Source: Octopus sinensis
Taxonomy: Eukaryota
Length of the DNA stretch: 64,000 nt
NCBI RefSeq assembly: GCF_006345805.1
Contig: NC_043016.1
Coordinates: 15,996,001-16,060,000, forward strand
Direction: 5' to 3'
Shown: positions 38,363 to 52,600 of the stretch, piece after piece
How positions within the stretch are numbered: the stretch's first letter is position 1
Layout: the number at the start of each line of letters is the position of its first letter
Position numbers and translations under genes: made by a program
The notes under the pieces: model-generated
Told to the model about the DNA's origin: nothing
Databases searched by the model: none
Seen by the model: the letters and a program-made list of their open reading frames with translations, nothing else

Positions 38363-40409
38363 TTCTAAATAGTTAGGGTATAAATAATCAGAGTGAGGAG
38401 ACAGCGCAACTACAGACCAGGTTGGTGAGAGAGAGAGAGAGAGAGAGAGTCTTGGTCAAGATCAAGATCTATGTACAATAAGTGGTATTGCAGTTTTAGA
38501 CATGTGGGTAGGATTCCTTTGTGGACCTTAAAATTAAAAAATAATAGGTCAAAAGTAATTTTTTAAAAATTCTGAACAGGAAAGTTAGTCTTTGTGATGC
38601 AGTTTTGGTTATCTGAGAGTAAAATCACTACAGGAGATCACTTTGAGGGTAATGGTTGTGTGTATACACAAAAATGAGAATATGGTTTCAGTAATATGAA
38701 CCAAATGACTGTGTTTGGCATATATTGCCATTGAAGGATATTACAGGTATGGTATTGGCAGGATGTTTCAGACATGATGTTGCTGTAGGAGATTCTAGCA
38801 TTTATCTGCTTATTCTTTTGTTTCAGTCATTGAACTACGACTATGCTGGAGCACCATCAATTAAACAGATCCCAGAACTTATTCTTAAAACAGCTACTTT
38901 TTTTTTGTTGATGTATTTTTACCAATCCCCTATTTTATGAAGATGTAAACAAACCAACACCCGTTGCCAAGCAGTAAAACAAATACAGACTCACAAAAGA
39001 GTTTCCAAACAATTTCCCACAAGGCATTAGTCAAACCAAGACTATAGTAGAAGACCCTTGTCCTAGGTGTCACATAGTAGGACTGACCTTGAAATCATGT
39101 GGTCCCAAAGTGAACTTCTCAACAACACACTGATGGAGACCTGAGGTTTTTAGTTGTGTGTAGTCTAAAAGTAGAGAGGATGATACAGGAGACTATTTCA
39201 GTGACATGTGCTGTCAATATGTCTGTTCTATTGAGAGGCACTGAAACATTATGTTCCCATTGGAGGATGTTTTTACTCAGTACAATTGTGTGAAATGGTT
39301 GATGTCAGGAAGGGCATCCAGCTGTAAAAGCCACGCCATAAATGGAATGTATGAATGAGTGTATTTCATCTAAGGGTGAGTAACTCCAACTAAAATTTAA
39401 TTCATACCTTCGTTAATTCATCCACTCCATTCCAATAGATGTAAAATAACGATCAGGATATTTAATAAATTCCCTGTCCATCAAATATGGTAAGTACAGA
39501 AGACCAACAACTGTTGTAGGATGACCGAGTCCATTTTTAACTAATTCCATTTTGGCTACCAAAAAAATACAGAAATATACTGGACAGTGGAGAAAGTGTA
39601 CATGTCCAGGCTGACACTCTAGTTGCGTTTAGCTTAGCAGTCAGCCCTAATCAAGAAGAGTTTTGATCACAGTCACTCCACCTGTGAACACCACATCTAT
39701 CCCTACATTATTCAATGAGTTTTGGTATTTTAAAATGTCGATATGAAATTCAAAAGATATTTGTCCACTATGTCTTGTAGATCATGAGACCACGTAGAGG
39801 TTTCCTTAATGGTCCATAAAATTGTTATGAATTAAAAATAAACTAAAGAAATCAAGGAAATATCATCATCATCGTTAACATCAGATAGGGAGAATTATGA
39901 AATTAATTAAAAAAAAAAAAACAGTATGTTATGGGTGGAGACAAGGTGGATAATTCTAATAGTTTCTGATTATATATATGATGGCTGTCCACTCATGACC
40001 AAGGAAGACCATCACTGATCATGAGGTTATTGCATCAGCAGTTGGCTTCTCCTGAGTTCACATTTGCAGCTCCAATGCTCACCTTGGAGCCCTTCCACTT
40101 GACCAGGTATTGGATAGTTGCCTTGCTGCTGACTGCACAACTTTCACCTAGAGACATGCTTTAACAAAAGCTAAGGGATGCTTCACTCACAGTGGTCTTC
40201 CAGCACTGAAGACCGCCATCTGGACTTTGAGACCTGTGCATATATATATTCTCACTGTTTATTTCCTTTTTGTTGAAGAGCTTAGGCTCGAAACAAAAGA
40301 CTTTCTCACCTTCCTGAGCTTTAAACTAATACATCTGTTTGTTGTTTATACACCTGTCTTCGTTTTTTGTTTTTCTGTAAATTCCAATTATATATATATA
40401 TATATATAT

Positions 40410-41407
40410 CATCTTCATTGTTTAATGTCTCCTTTCCATGCTGGCATGGGTTGGACAGTTTGACTAAAGACTGGTGAGCCAGAGGCTGCACAGGCTCAAA
40501 ATGATCTGGCAAAGTTTCTACAGCTGGATGCCCTTCCTAACGTCAACCACTCCCAGAGTGTAGTGGGTGCTTTTTAAGTGCCACCGGCAACGACCACGCT
40601 CGAATGTTGTTTTCTGCGTGCCACCAGCATATGAGCCAATCCGTGGCCCTGGCAATAATCATGCTTGGATGTGCTTTTAACATTCCACTGGCATGAGTGC
40701 TAATCAGGCGGTACTGTCATCAGACGTGCCAGCAATTTTGGTTTGTTTATACTTGCCTTAATAGGTCTTCGCAAGCAAAGTTCATTGTCCAATGAATGAA
40801 GGATACACATAAGTGACCCAGTTACACACTACATTCGAATGTGCTTTTAACGTTCCACTGGCACTGGTGCCAATCAAGCAGTACTGTCATCGGTCGCATC
40901 AGCAATTTTGATTTTGATTTCACTTGCCTCAACAGGTCTTCACAAGTAAGGTTTATTGTCCAATGTATGAGGGGTATTCATAAATGAGCTAGTTACACCC
41001 ACTGGCATAGGTCATGGGCTATGGTCTCACTTGGCTTGTCGGGTTTTCTCAAGCACAGCATATCTTCAAAGATCCCGGTCACTAGTCATTGCCTCGGTAA
41101 GGCCCAATGTTTGAAGGTCGTGCTTCACCACCTCATCCTAGGTTTTCCTGGGTCTACCTCTTCTACAAGTTCCCTCAACTGCTAGGGTGTGACACTTTTT
41201 CACACAACTGTCCTCATTCATTCGCAACACATGGCCATACCAGCACAGTTGTCTCTCTTGCACACCACATCTGATGCTTCTTTGGTCCAACTTTTCTCTC
41301 AGGGCGCTTACACTTTGTTGTGTATGCACACTGACATTAAACATCCAGCGGAGCATACTGGCTTCATTCCTTGCAAGCTTACACATATCCTTAGCAGTCA
41401 TGGCCCA
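40410..41407 (-). mobile_element. RTE LINE 3' fragment (RT C-terminus plus 3' UTR and ATG-repeat tail)
   Basis: ORF 41138-41401: ARNEASMLRWMFNV...WYGHVLRMNEDSCVKK...GRPRKT, same family as 22255-23305. The 3' end reads ...ccaacccatgccagcatggaaagg...atga. Confidence 0.88.
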
Positions 41408-41689
41408 TGTTTCACTGCCATGCTACCTTATATATATATATGTATATATATACACACCTACACATACATACACATATCACATCACAACACACTACCCACA
41501 CATACATATACACACACGTCCAGACCACCAGCCCCCTTTCACACGCACGCACATACTCTCTCATACACACACGCACCTTTGTGTTGGGGGCACCTTCGTA
41601 TTGGAAGTCACTTGACCTTGTTATCTCCCCTACTGTCCCTCTCGCGTCTGACCATTGTCTGAAGTCAGGATGCCATGATAGATCGTTAA

Positions 41690-41850
41690 CTACTACACGC
41701 ATTTTTTTCTGTGTATCTTTCTGTTGAAGAGCGTAGGCTCGAAACATGAAAGACATTTTCTATTCCTGAGCGCTATACTAATACATTTGTTTGTTTGTAC
41801 TCCACCTGCCTTCGTCTTTTGCTTATTTTCATAAACCTTCCCTTTATATA
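41690..41850 (+). repeat. Penelope-associated short repeat with hammerhead-like motif; divergent copy at 40240-40390
   Basis: tctttctgttgaagagcgtaggctcgaaacatgaaaga...cctgagc...actaatacat..gtttgtt...cacctg.cttcgt is shared by both copies. Confidence 0.55.
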
Positions 41851-42640
41851 ATTCAAATGTGAATGAGAAGCAACTCAAGGGATATAAACAACAGTGAACA
41901 CACAACCACAAGGTATGTCTTTTTGTCAGTTAGTGTGCAGGCTGTGATTTTAGATGTAAGAGAATTATTTTCATCAAGTTGCCTGATGTTAAAACACCTG
42001 GAAGTCATAGACAAATGAGACAACTCACACCAAGTCCCAGTACAGGAGTAAGAGACATTAGTGTTTTGTCATCTTTGTCTAACACCAAACAAATTCATGA
42101 GAATACATTCTCTTCTGCCCACAATCACAGCCTGACCACAAACTGACAAAACACATGCCTTGTGCACGTGCGTTCGATATTGTATTCTTTTATTCTTTTA
42201 CTCATTTGACTGTGGTCATACTTGAGCAGCGCCTTTAGTTGAACAAATCAACCCCCAGGACTTTTTTCTTTGTAAACCTAGCACTTATCCAATCAGTCTC
42301 TTTTGCTGAACTGTTAAGTTACGGGGATGTAAACACACCAACATCTGTATAAAGTGATGGTAGCAGGACAAACACAAACAAACACACACACACATATATA
42401 TATATATATGTACCAAATCCACTCACAAAGTTTTGGTTGGCTTGAGGTTATAGTAGAAGACACTTGCCCAAGGTTCCACACAATGGGACTGAACCTGGAA
42501 CCATGTGGTTTGGAAGCAAGCTTCTTACCATACAGCTAGCCAGGAGCTGCACAAGGTTCTATTGTCTGTTTTGGCATGGTATCTTCAGTTGGATACCCTT
42601 CTTATTGCCAACCACCAAGTAATTATTATATATGCGTGCG

Positions 42641-42677
<37 letters not shown>

Positions 42678-44775
42678 ACAGGAGAGCTGAAATAATAATT
42701 AAAATTTTTTTTTCAAAACTGTCAGTCATCTCGCCTTGAGGGTAAATTATTTTATACGTTTTTTTGTTCTTCAAAACATTGTACAGGAGGAAAGAAAGAA
42801 AAGAAAAGTAGAGAGACAGATGATTGATAAGAGAAAATGGCAAGGAAACAGTTTCACTGAGAACAGTATTAATATTTAACACATATAGGTGCCTGCTTAG
42901 ACAAATGTTGTGTAAAGTTCCTGCTTTTAGGAAATGCAGTTGGGTGGAGGGTGGCGTTAGGTAGACATTCCTTCAAAAGGAACAAATGAAAACAGTTTCT
43001 ATAGAATTATTGGGTTATTAGTGTAAGTTGCAATACTGAGGGGGTCGGTGTAGATATGTGTGTATATATATATATATACACACACAAACTAATATCTACT
43101 AGAAATATGAACATATTGGAATTAAAGTTCCAAAATTTTTGCTGTGGAAGTGTGCAGAAATTTTCTTGAAGAAATTCTGTCTTTCTTTGCAAAGTATCCA
43201 TGCAAGTAAGTAATCATAAAAAAAATCTTCTTGAAAACCTTGTATGTGCACATGTTCACACACAAACAAGCATACAGTTTAAACAGAAAGATCAAGGATT
43301 GGAATACACCCTGAACCCTTTAGTATATCAATCAACCAATATATTCTCAAGTCCACCATTTCGTCAATTGCAGCAGCTCCAAGCTTCACCACTAATTCAG
43401 TTCTCAACTAAATTGCCAACTGTTAACAGTCTTAAAGAGGAAACCTCCTCGGCTACACTTTGGCGTAAATCGTTTGAGATTTGGTTCAGTGGAAAAAAGT
43501 TGCATCAAAATATCTGCGACCTCAAGGGGGGGGGGGGCAGTAAGGCAAGTATTCATCTCCAATTAACATAAACTTTTTAATTTTAAAATAAAAGTATACT
43601 TTTCTTTGGCTTAAAAGATAGAAAAATGCATGAGGACTTCAGAATCACTCGTCGCATTGAACAAAAATTAGTAGAAAAAATGTTATGGGGTAAAATGCGA
43701 CGAGATTTTATGTCAGGAAGTAATGCTTAAGCAATAAGAATAAAGAATATATTGCTAAAATGAATGTTTATATTCTTAGGCAGTGAGCTGGCAGAAACAT
43801 TAGCATGGCAGGCAAAATGCTTAGTGGTATTTCGCCTGTGTTTACATTTTGAGTTCAAATTCCTCCAAGGTTGACTTTGCCTTTCATCCATTTCAGATCT
43901 ATCCAATTTGACGTACAGATTATTTGGTTAATTTTTTTTAACTAAACACTTTGTAACTTCCGATACTGGTAGAATATGTCTCATACAACAGGGATCACTC
44001 TCAATGTTTTTGACAAAATTTTGTATTTTAGAAGTTATTTCGTCACAAGTTACACAGAATGACAATGAACTGATGATGCGTGTTTGATGAGTGCCAATAC
44101 ACGAAACTCTCAGTTTTTGACCTACTCTCCAACTTCTGCCGATTATATATATATACATATTATACTTATATGTGTAAAAAAAAATTCTCATCACGCAATC
44201 AAACCATGAAAGAGCCTCTACCTGGTCGCTCGTCACGCTAAAAATAGCAGCCAATGTATACCCTTACCTAAATCACACGTCTATTGTATGTAATGTCCTA
44301 CATTATCCCCAAAAAGACGGTTTGCTGAAAGCTGGAATGTCATTGATGATAGGGTTGCTGTATCAGGGTTGATTTGAGGCTAAATAACAACAACATTATG
44401 GTAAATTACTATATTAACACCTGCACAATTTTCACTAAGCAAAAAAGAAGGATTTTTTGCATGGAATCAAGTACCCTGACCTCCTAATATGCTGCAAATC
44501 CCTAATTTTGCTTCAGAAAAATTGGGGGTGGGACGAGAGAGAATCCCCCCCCCCGCCAACCCCGGAATCATTGGAAATTTTTTTTCGTTGAATGAATTCC
44601 TGTGATCTCCTAATATGCTACAAAACCCTTTGTGGATGGGTAATATCAAATAATTCAATCACAACATATATTTAAATTAAACATGGAAAAAATTGAAATA
44701 TTATCTTTCAATATTTTATATAGTAAAGTCTTAAATTATTAATTGACACATTAATTATCTTATAACAGCAATGCC

Positions 44776-45245
44776 TGGAAAAATGCAAGCATAGAAAGTA
44801 ATATTCTTAAGATTATAAACCTGGAAAAGTACAGGACAAGTTAATACACCTTTAAAAGTTGAGGACAAACTATTACTTCAAGTAAAGAGTAAGAAACTTT
44901 TAATTAAAATATTGCAGCTAAAATTAAAATTTGACTATTAAAAATTATTTTTTTGAAGTTTACAAATAACACTATACTTAAGTAGAATTTGGCTAATTTA
45001 CTACCTTAAATACAGAAAAAAGTGATTAATTAGACAAACTTACAAATTAGCTGAACAGTTTTGTACAATAAATTTAAAAGATGAGAACTGTAAAGAGTGG
45101 TAAATTAGAAGAACTGGCATTCTTTGCTGCAATATTTTAAGTAAAAAGTTTCTTATTCTTTACTTTACAAGAAGTAGTAGTTTGTCTTGTACTTTCCCAG
45201 GTTTATAATCTTAAGAATATGACTTTTCATGCTCGCATTTTCCCA
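44776..45245. repeat. AT-rich inverted repeat with ~120-140 bp arms, MITE-like
   Basis: 44776-44918 versus the reverse complement of 45126-45245; shared core atattcttaagattataaacctgg. The left arm carries a ~25-nt insertion. Confidence 0.8.
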
Positions 45246-46315
45246 TGGAATAGATATTTCTCTCATCACTTTGAGACTTCAATGGTGTGATTACATATTT
45301 TTAGAGTGACATTATAGGAAAGGTGTGAGAGGCAAGATGTGGCTGGTTGGAATGCAAAACAGAATATTTGGGCTGGAAAGGACAGGTTTAAACGTTAAAA
45401 GGTTCAATACTTTACACTCTATAAATCTGAAATCCGTAGGTGATCGTTCAACATGTTAGTAATACATACATATACCCAGACCCATATTCCCCATGGGAGG
45501 GAGTAGCCACGAGATAAGACACTCACCAGGCATTCCATTCATTTCCCAGCTCAAAGAGGCGAGCCCAGTCCCATGCTTGGGTCAAGGCATAGAACACAAC
45601 CCTCAGCAGGGCCTGACAGCATATGCAGGTTTACCTCCCCCGCATCATGCTAGTAATAATAACCACATCTCCCTCAAATCACATGTCTTCAATAAGAAAG
45701 AGTCTTGTAGTCCTGAAACCAATAAATATCCGTTAGGTTTTCCGATTAACAAATTTTCACTCATCTTGTTTCCAATAACTTCTAATTGAAATTTGGGTTT
45801 ATTGGGGGTAGAGTTGATTATATTGAACCCTGTGCTTGACAAAATGAAATTTAGAGTTTGTCTATTTTACCATGGCACTGGAGAAGTCCAAAATCATCTT
45901 TAGTTGATTAAATATGTCTATATAGATAATTGGAAAAAAAAAAATCGACAGTGACTAAGAGTTAAATCACTAGCAGGTTATTAAACACATCATTACATTA
46001 TTATGCATCACAATTACATAATTATACATTTAATGATGATTATCTAAATGAAACAATTGTTGAACACAAAGTACGAATGATATGTGAAATTTATGCTTTT
46101 CTGCAATTATTCTTAATTAAATATGGCTATCAATTGTCACCCTTACCCATAAGAGAAAAATACCCCTAAAAGGTTGAACGATCATAGTTAGAATGACTAG
46201 TGGTGTATTGATCCACCTGTTGGAGACTGACCTGTAGCTAAGCTGTTATACTATACACAACATACATTGCCGTCAACGACATCGCATACTACAATCATAC
46301 AACAACACACACAGA

Positions 46316-46351
<36 letters not shown>

Positions 46352-49300
46352 GTAAATGAAGTTACCTCTAAGTCGACCAGCTAAAAATAGCAGCCAAATT
46401 TCCCTTAAATCACAAGCTACCCCCTTAGAAAAGGACACATTAAAAATGATGCAGTCCTAGGTTCTCTGTACATAGGAAAAGATGGGATGGTCACGGCTGG
46501 AATACATTTGCTCATAAGTTTGGGCTGACAAGGGCTAAACAATAACAACAAATAAAAAACACAATATCCTTATAATTCGTTTCGTCTCCATCACAAAGTG
46601 TTTTATAACAATATTGCTGTGCGCGCGCGCTACATTACCGAAATAAATTGCCCTATTTAAATGATATCCTATTCTACGAATAATTTCCCAAATGAATATG
46701 TGACTATAACTGTATATTCTTAAATTCACAGGGTCACACACACATACACACAATTATATGCCATGTATACGATAGAAACTACGAACGATGTAAAACGGTT
46801 ATTGTTATCAAAAGCAGCGGGTCCTAAACTTTACTTAAAATGTTGCCCACCGGTTCTTGATATTGAAACACTTCCATGCCACCCACCCACTCAGTATTCA
46901 GCGGCTTCCATTATAATATAATTTTCTTTCTTGGGTTCCTCAATTTTTGAGAGCTTCGTATAGGACCCTCGTGTCATCGGCATCGTCTTGGGCATTTAAA
47001 ACTTGTTAGAGATCAATGTCTAAACACAACTGACTACTTCCAAAAGTAAGAGGAATCAAACCCAGTACTCTACTGGTACTTTATTGATCCAGAATATACA
47101 AAAAAAAAAAAAAAAAGAAAAAAGACAAAGCTGACTTCAGCGAGGTTTGAAATCGAACAGAAAACCGAAAACACAGCAAGACTTTCGCCCCACCCACTCT
47201 GACCGAACGACTTTTGCCAACACAACGAATATCTTCACATAACGCACAAAAATGCTTAAATGTATGTCTACAGGTGAATGCGTATATGCATATAAATACA
47301 TGGTGTTCCTATAGAATAGAGTCTGAAATTATCTAGTGCGCCAAAAACCGCAATTTATCCGGATGTGTGTGTGTTGTAAGATATTACCAAATAAAAAAAA
47401 AAAAGTTGGGGGGTGGTGGTGCTTTTTGCTCCTTCCTTCCTGTAATTTTTCGGTTTTGAGTTGTTTCGAATCTTCTTTACAGATTTCGGTTTAAAAAAAA
47501 ATTACGCAATTTTATTCAGAGTATAATCTCAGATTAAAAAAGAAAATCCCCCAAAACAAAGTTTAAAAAATACTGAAATAGGGGAAGCACCCCGCCCCCT
47601 TTTTCAGAATTTACAGAAAATTTAAGGCCTTAAACTGCGAATTATTTAAAATTTTCTAAAGGAATTCTTTCTGTTTTTTTTATTAAAAATAAGTTGTTTT
47701 TTTCTTTATTAGTCAAACCTAAAATAAGTGTTGCCAAAAGCAGCATTAAAAGTTACGAACTAAAGTTTAACAAGATTTTGATAATTATTGTTATTTTTCA
47801 TGGAGATCATAGAGATTAAAAGATTATAACTAGGACGAAGCAGATTATGGACAACAATCATTAAAAAGAAATTGTCAATTTAATTAAGAAAAGGAAAAAA
47901 AAAAAGGTAGCCTTATTTCTTCGATGTAAAATACTTTTTAGCTCCTCACAGATACGTAAGGTGCTAAAAGCAAAATCATCCTAATTTATTTCCTCTCTCT
48001 TCAAAGTCTCTTTTCCACTCATACAAAGTACATAAAACACTATTTTATCACTGATAAACAATGAGATAAATATGAAAGTGCAGATCTAGAAATTACTGTG
48101 TGGTTCATTTGACAATTCTAAAGGTTTTGTAGCAACGAACGATAAGGAGAAAGTGTCGCTTAGTAGAGATATATCTTGTAAACAATATATCACTTCGTTC
48201 ATTTGTTGTTGTTGCTAATATCCTGAAGAGATAGATAGATAGATAGAGAGAGAGAGAGGGGGAGGGGGGTTCAGAGCAACATTCGTTTAATAAATTCGCA
48301 ACGATCTCAAATAAAGAAATTAATTTATTCGAGTCGAAGTTACACCAACCTCCAGGAAGAAACTCAAAGCAGCTTAACAAGAACAAGGAAAATGCAAGAA
48401 AACCTGGAAGATCTCGCAGCACATGTCAACAATTGTTTAGGGGTTGAACCAGTGGTTTAGTTGTTGTTTAAACCCGAGTCAACTTCGATCCAGCAGAATC
48501 TGTGATCAGAGGCATTCCAGTAATGTCTATCAGTTTTTATCAGCTATATTGTATAACTAAAGACTGCATTATTTAACAATTATAGCATGGAAGACATTAA
48601 CCATTCAAAACCCCCCAAAATCTGTTAAACTCATTGTTGCACCACTTGCGACCTGGTCACTAATACGGGACCACTGCATTTCATTATCTGACATTTCCAT
48701 CTATTTTGAGTATCAATAGTGTGCGATTTAAGAATGTTTAGCTACTATTTCTTGAAGTTTGAGACCATCAAATGCTCCTTCATTGGCCGCGGCTGGGCAA
48801 AGTAGTTGGTGTTTTATTCCGACAGGTAGGTGTATAGAGGAAACAGAAGCAAAGTATCAAACAAAGAATTTCCTTCAGGAACTGCTTAGACTTAACCTGT
48901 GCTTGAAAGGTCGGGCGGATGTGACGAATACTCACGTCGCTTCTGTGATATCGTTTTAGTTGCTTGGCAACCTTAAAGGGCTTCCCAAGCCATCCGTCGG
49001 TGTTGAGGAACGACCAGGTCATCTCTAGTCTTTTTCTCCTACCTAACCATTTCACGATATTGTTTGTACGTATTTACTTAAGAGTTACTTGAGTCCATCG
49101 AGGGCGGTGAGGAACTTCACCACTGCTCATCACTTTAACCCAGAGTTTCTCAAAGTAAGACTTGGGTTACTTCAGAATGAGTACAAGTAACAAGTTAATA
49201 AAGGTGTTGAAATAATGCGTTTTAAAACTAAAATCTCTCTCTATAACACATACACACACATTTATGTATGTGTGTGTTGTATGTATGTGTATATAATGTA

Positions 49301-49502
49301 GTCGTGTGGTTATGGCTGGTCAGAAAGTAACCATTGGTTCCACGTCTATTATTGTTCATAGGCGACTCACTGGACCTGCTGGCCTGAGGCACACAATCCA
49401 TGGTAACTTTCTGACCGGCCATGACAAATCGACTGCATAAAATATTATTGTTCAAAATAATTTTTAGTGTGCTTTTTTTGCAGATTTGACCGAATATATA
49501 TA

Positions 49503-49556
<54 letters not shown>

Positions 49557-49646
49557 ATATATATATGGGTTCGAGTGTCCTGTCGTGTTTATTGTGTCGT
49601 CTTTAGAGTTATACGTTCTTGTCCATGTTGTATTTTTCTACATACC

Positions 49647-49687
<41 letters not shown>

Positions 49688-52600
49688 TATATATTATATT
49701 CGGGATTATTGTTGACAACCTGGCTAATCAAGATCCATTTGTAGAGAGGTTATATGTCCCCGGCCAACGAGGTTGACGAGTCACCTGTGCTACTAATAAG
49801 AGCATTATAGGTGTGAAACCAACGGTCACTTCCTGACTAGCCATAACAACAATCTAATTATACACAGACACACAAACTTGGTCAGTTCACGGCGAGGGGA
49901 CACTTATTTTAAGCCACAGTGGGGCACGAGACAAAAAGATAGATGAAAAAAAAAAACCCGTTGAGAGACTTTAACCTATCTGCTTTAACTTATGCATAGA
50001 CCGAGGAAGGCGACTGTTTAAAAACCATCTCAGTTTTTTTTTCTCTCCCCTGATGATGTTGATTAACAGTTACAAAGTGTGGGTGATGGGTGTGACAAAG
50101 ATAATGAGGTTGATACAGCTGATGGCTGTGATGATGGGTGTGGTAGAAGTGAAGGTGGAAATGGGGGAGACCGACTGAATCTTGTCGAACCCACGCCAGA
50201 AAAACAAACAAAAAAGCATCACGAAAATAACGATGATGATGATGATGACTAGCAACACTCCTATCGCTGTACCAAACCTCTATCAATACCTCGCTCTTTG
50301 TATTTAAAAAGACGGCGAAATAGGTTAAGAAACACGATTATCAGAAGGACAACGATCACCAGCCAACGCATAATTACATTCGATAGAAGAAGGTTGTGTG
50401 TAACAGGTCAGCTCAGTCTGCTGAACTGGAAGTACTACAAAACTTTATTTCTCAGAAATTTCAAAACAAAAGATAGCGAATAATTTCCATAAATTCGGTG
50501 AAACTACGAGAGTTGTCTGCATCAAGGGGAGATGATGGCGAATTTAAAGAAATTTGAATACAACGCGAGGGAGAGGGAAAATATCTTCCTTAGAGAGGAA
50601 CGGTCAATCATATCAACTTTTTCGAAGTCACTATTCACTACGTTTCTCGTATAAGTAATATACTATACGAAGAAGTTTTGAATAATACTTCAGTTTTATG
50701 TAGAATTGTTATTATTACTTATAACTCGATATAAGGCGGTGAGCGGGCAGAATTGTTAATGTGCCGGACGAAATGTACGACAGCATTTCGTCTGGCTTCA
50801 AAATCTGTCGAAGTCGATTTCATCCTTTCCAGATCAGCAAAACAGGTATCAGTTGTACACTGGGGATCGATGTTATCGACTAGTTCCCTCCACACAAATT
50901 GTGCCCAAAGTGACAGAAAGGATTTACAAATACCATTAAAAAATCGTTTGGTCAGAAGAGAAGGTAGGGCTCATGATCCTTCAGTTTCCCACCAAACCTC
51001 TAGGTTGGAGGGAGGAAGTAATGTTGAAACTGGTAACTTGAATGCTTGCAAAAGATTGGATGCTACTAATGGTACTGAAGGCATCGAATGATGGTCCGTT
51101 GAGTACCATTACCGTGTGACGGGTCTCGACTCTACTACCCAAGCAGGCCATGGTGGGAATTAAACTCAGAACTCAACGAATAGGAACAAATTTGAATACA
51201 GTGGGAGGGAGAGACGAGAGTATTCGATCCGACGGTTTTAGCCCCGTTGATCCAACACCTTGAATCGAAACTTTATTTTAATCGACCCCGAAAGTGTGAA
51301 AGGCAAAGGTGACCTCGCTGAGATTTGAACTCTGTTCGACGTTCAAACATCAGCCAATTCGCAGCTGTTGAGTTTACAGATGCTAAATGTTATGGGACAA
51401 TCCTCGAATCCGAAGGAAGGACGTTGACGCCAAGCTGTATATGTGATTAAGAAGCTTACTTGGCAGTTATGTGGTTTTGAGTTCAGTTCCACTTGTCTTC
51501 CACTATAGCCTCTGGCCGACCGATATTTTGAGTGGATTTTGTATGTGGAAACTGTGTGAAAGCCCGTCGTAGTGTCCCCTTTGACAACGGGTGTTGGTTT
51601 GTTTACGTCCTTGTAATTTGGCTGTTCGTATTTTAAAATCTGGTGGTAAGTACTGGGTTCAACTTGATTGGAGAGAACGAGTCACATTGATGAGTGCATT
51701 ATAAGCATGGGCGGATGATAAATAAATGTGTTCGATTAAACCCTTCAAGGCTACTACCGTAGCTGGGGTGGGGCGGTAGGGGCGATACTTTTAAAGGGGT
51801 TGCACTTTTCATCCTACTGTAGGCAATGTGTTTTTTGTGGGGTCCGAGGGCGGCACACACTAACTACGCTGGTTGCGCGCTGGTTGTCTCGCCATTGGCG
51901 ATTGACTTCAATGTCACCGGCCACATGCCTGCCATCCGGTCACCCAACAATTACCTCATTTCCACCGAAAATTATTTAAAAGCATTCCCAAAACCTGAAG
52001 CTATTTCTAAAAGCAGTCAATTTTATACAAAAAAAAAAAAAAAAACGAAATTGAAAGAGACAATCTTCAGAAGTTATATTTATTAGTGTTGTCAGGTGTG
52101 ACCAAGAGCCAAAGGATTAATGATTCCCGCCTCCAAACCCGTCTGTAGTGACCGAAAGAGGATGTATGTAGAAAAAAAACAAAAAAACTAAAAGGAGTGA
52201 CCAAGGTATTTCCATTCTTTAAACGAAATCATCTTCGAGAACCAGAGTCATATACGCGGTACACGATCTGCTAAGAATAGCAACCAAATCTCCTGCAAAA
52301 CCACACTTGATGATTTTATTTTAAAAAAATGTAGTCCTAGGATAGACCTAGAATCACTAAAATGATGGAATAGCCATAGTTGTAACACTTTTGATCAATG
52401 TTGATCTCGGACTGAGCAACAACTCGAGAAGAGTTCAAAGAAGGTGAAACGGCACCGTGAAGAGGGTAACAGTTGGAAACTTCATAAAGGTTGGGTAAAC
52501 TGGATAGGAGGGGATGAAGGACGGACATAGTTTGGCTGGAGTAAAACTGTGTCCTTCCCATAAATGACTGAACCATTTTTGTTTCCGACTGTCTCCTATG

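Noticed and set aside
40264-41753. Retrozyme-like unit (two hammerhead-bearing direct repeats around an RTE fragment)
   Set aside because: The two repeats are clearly divergent from each other and the left core is damaged, so they are probably independent insertions.
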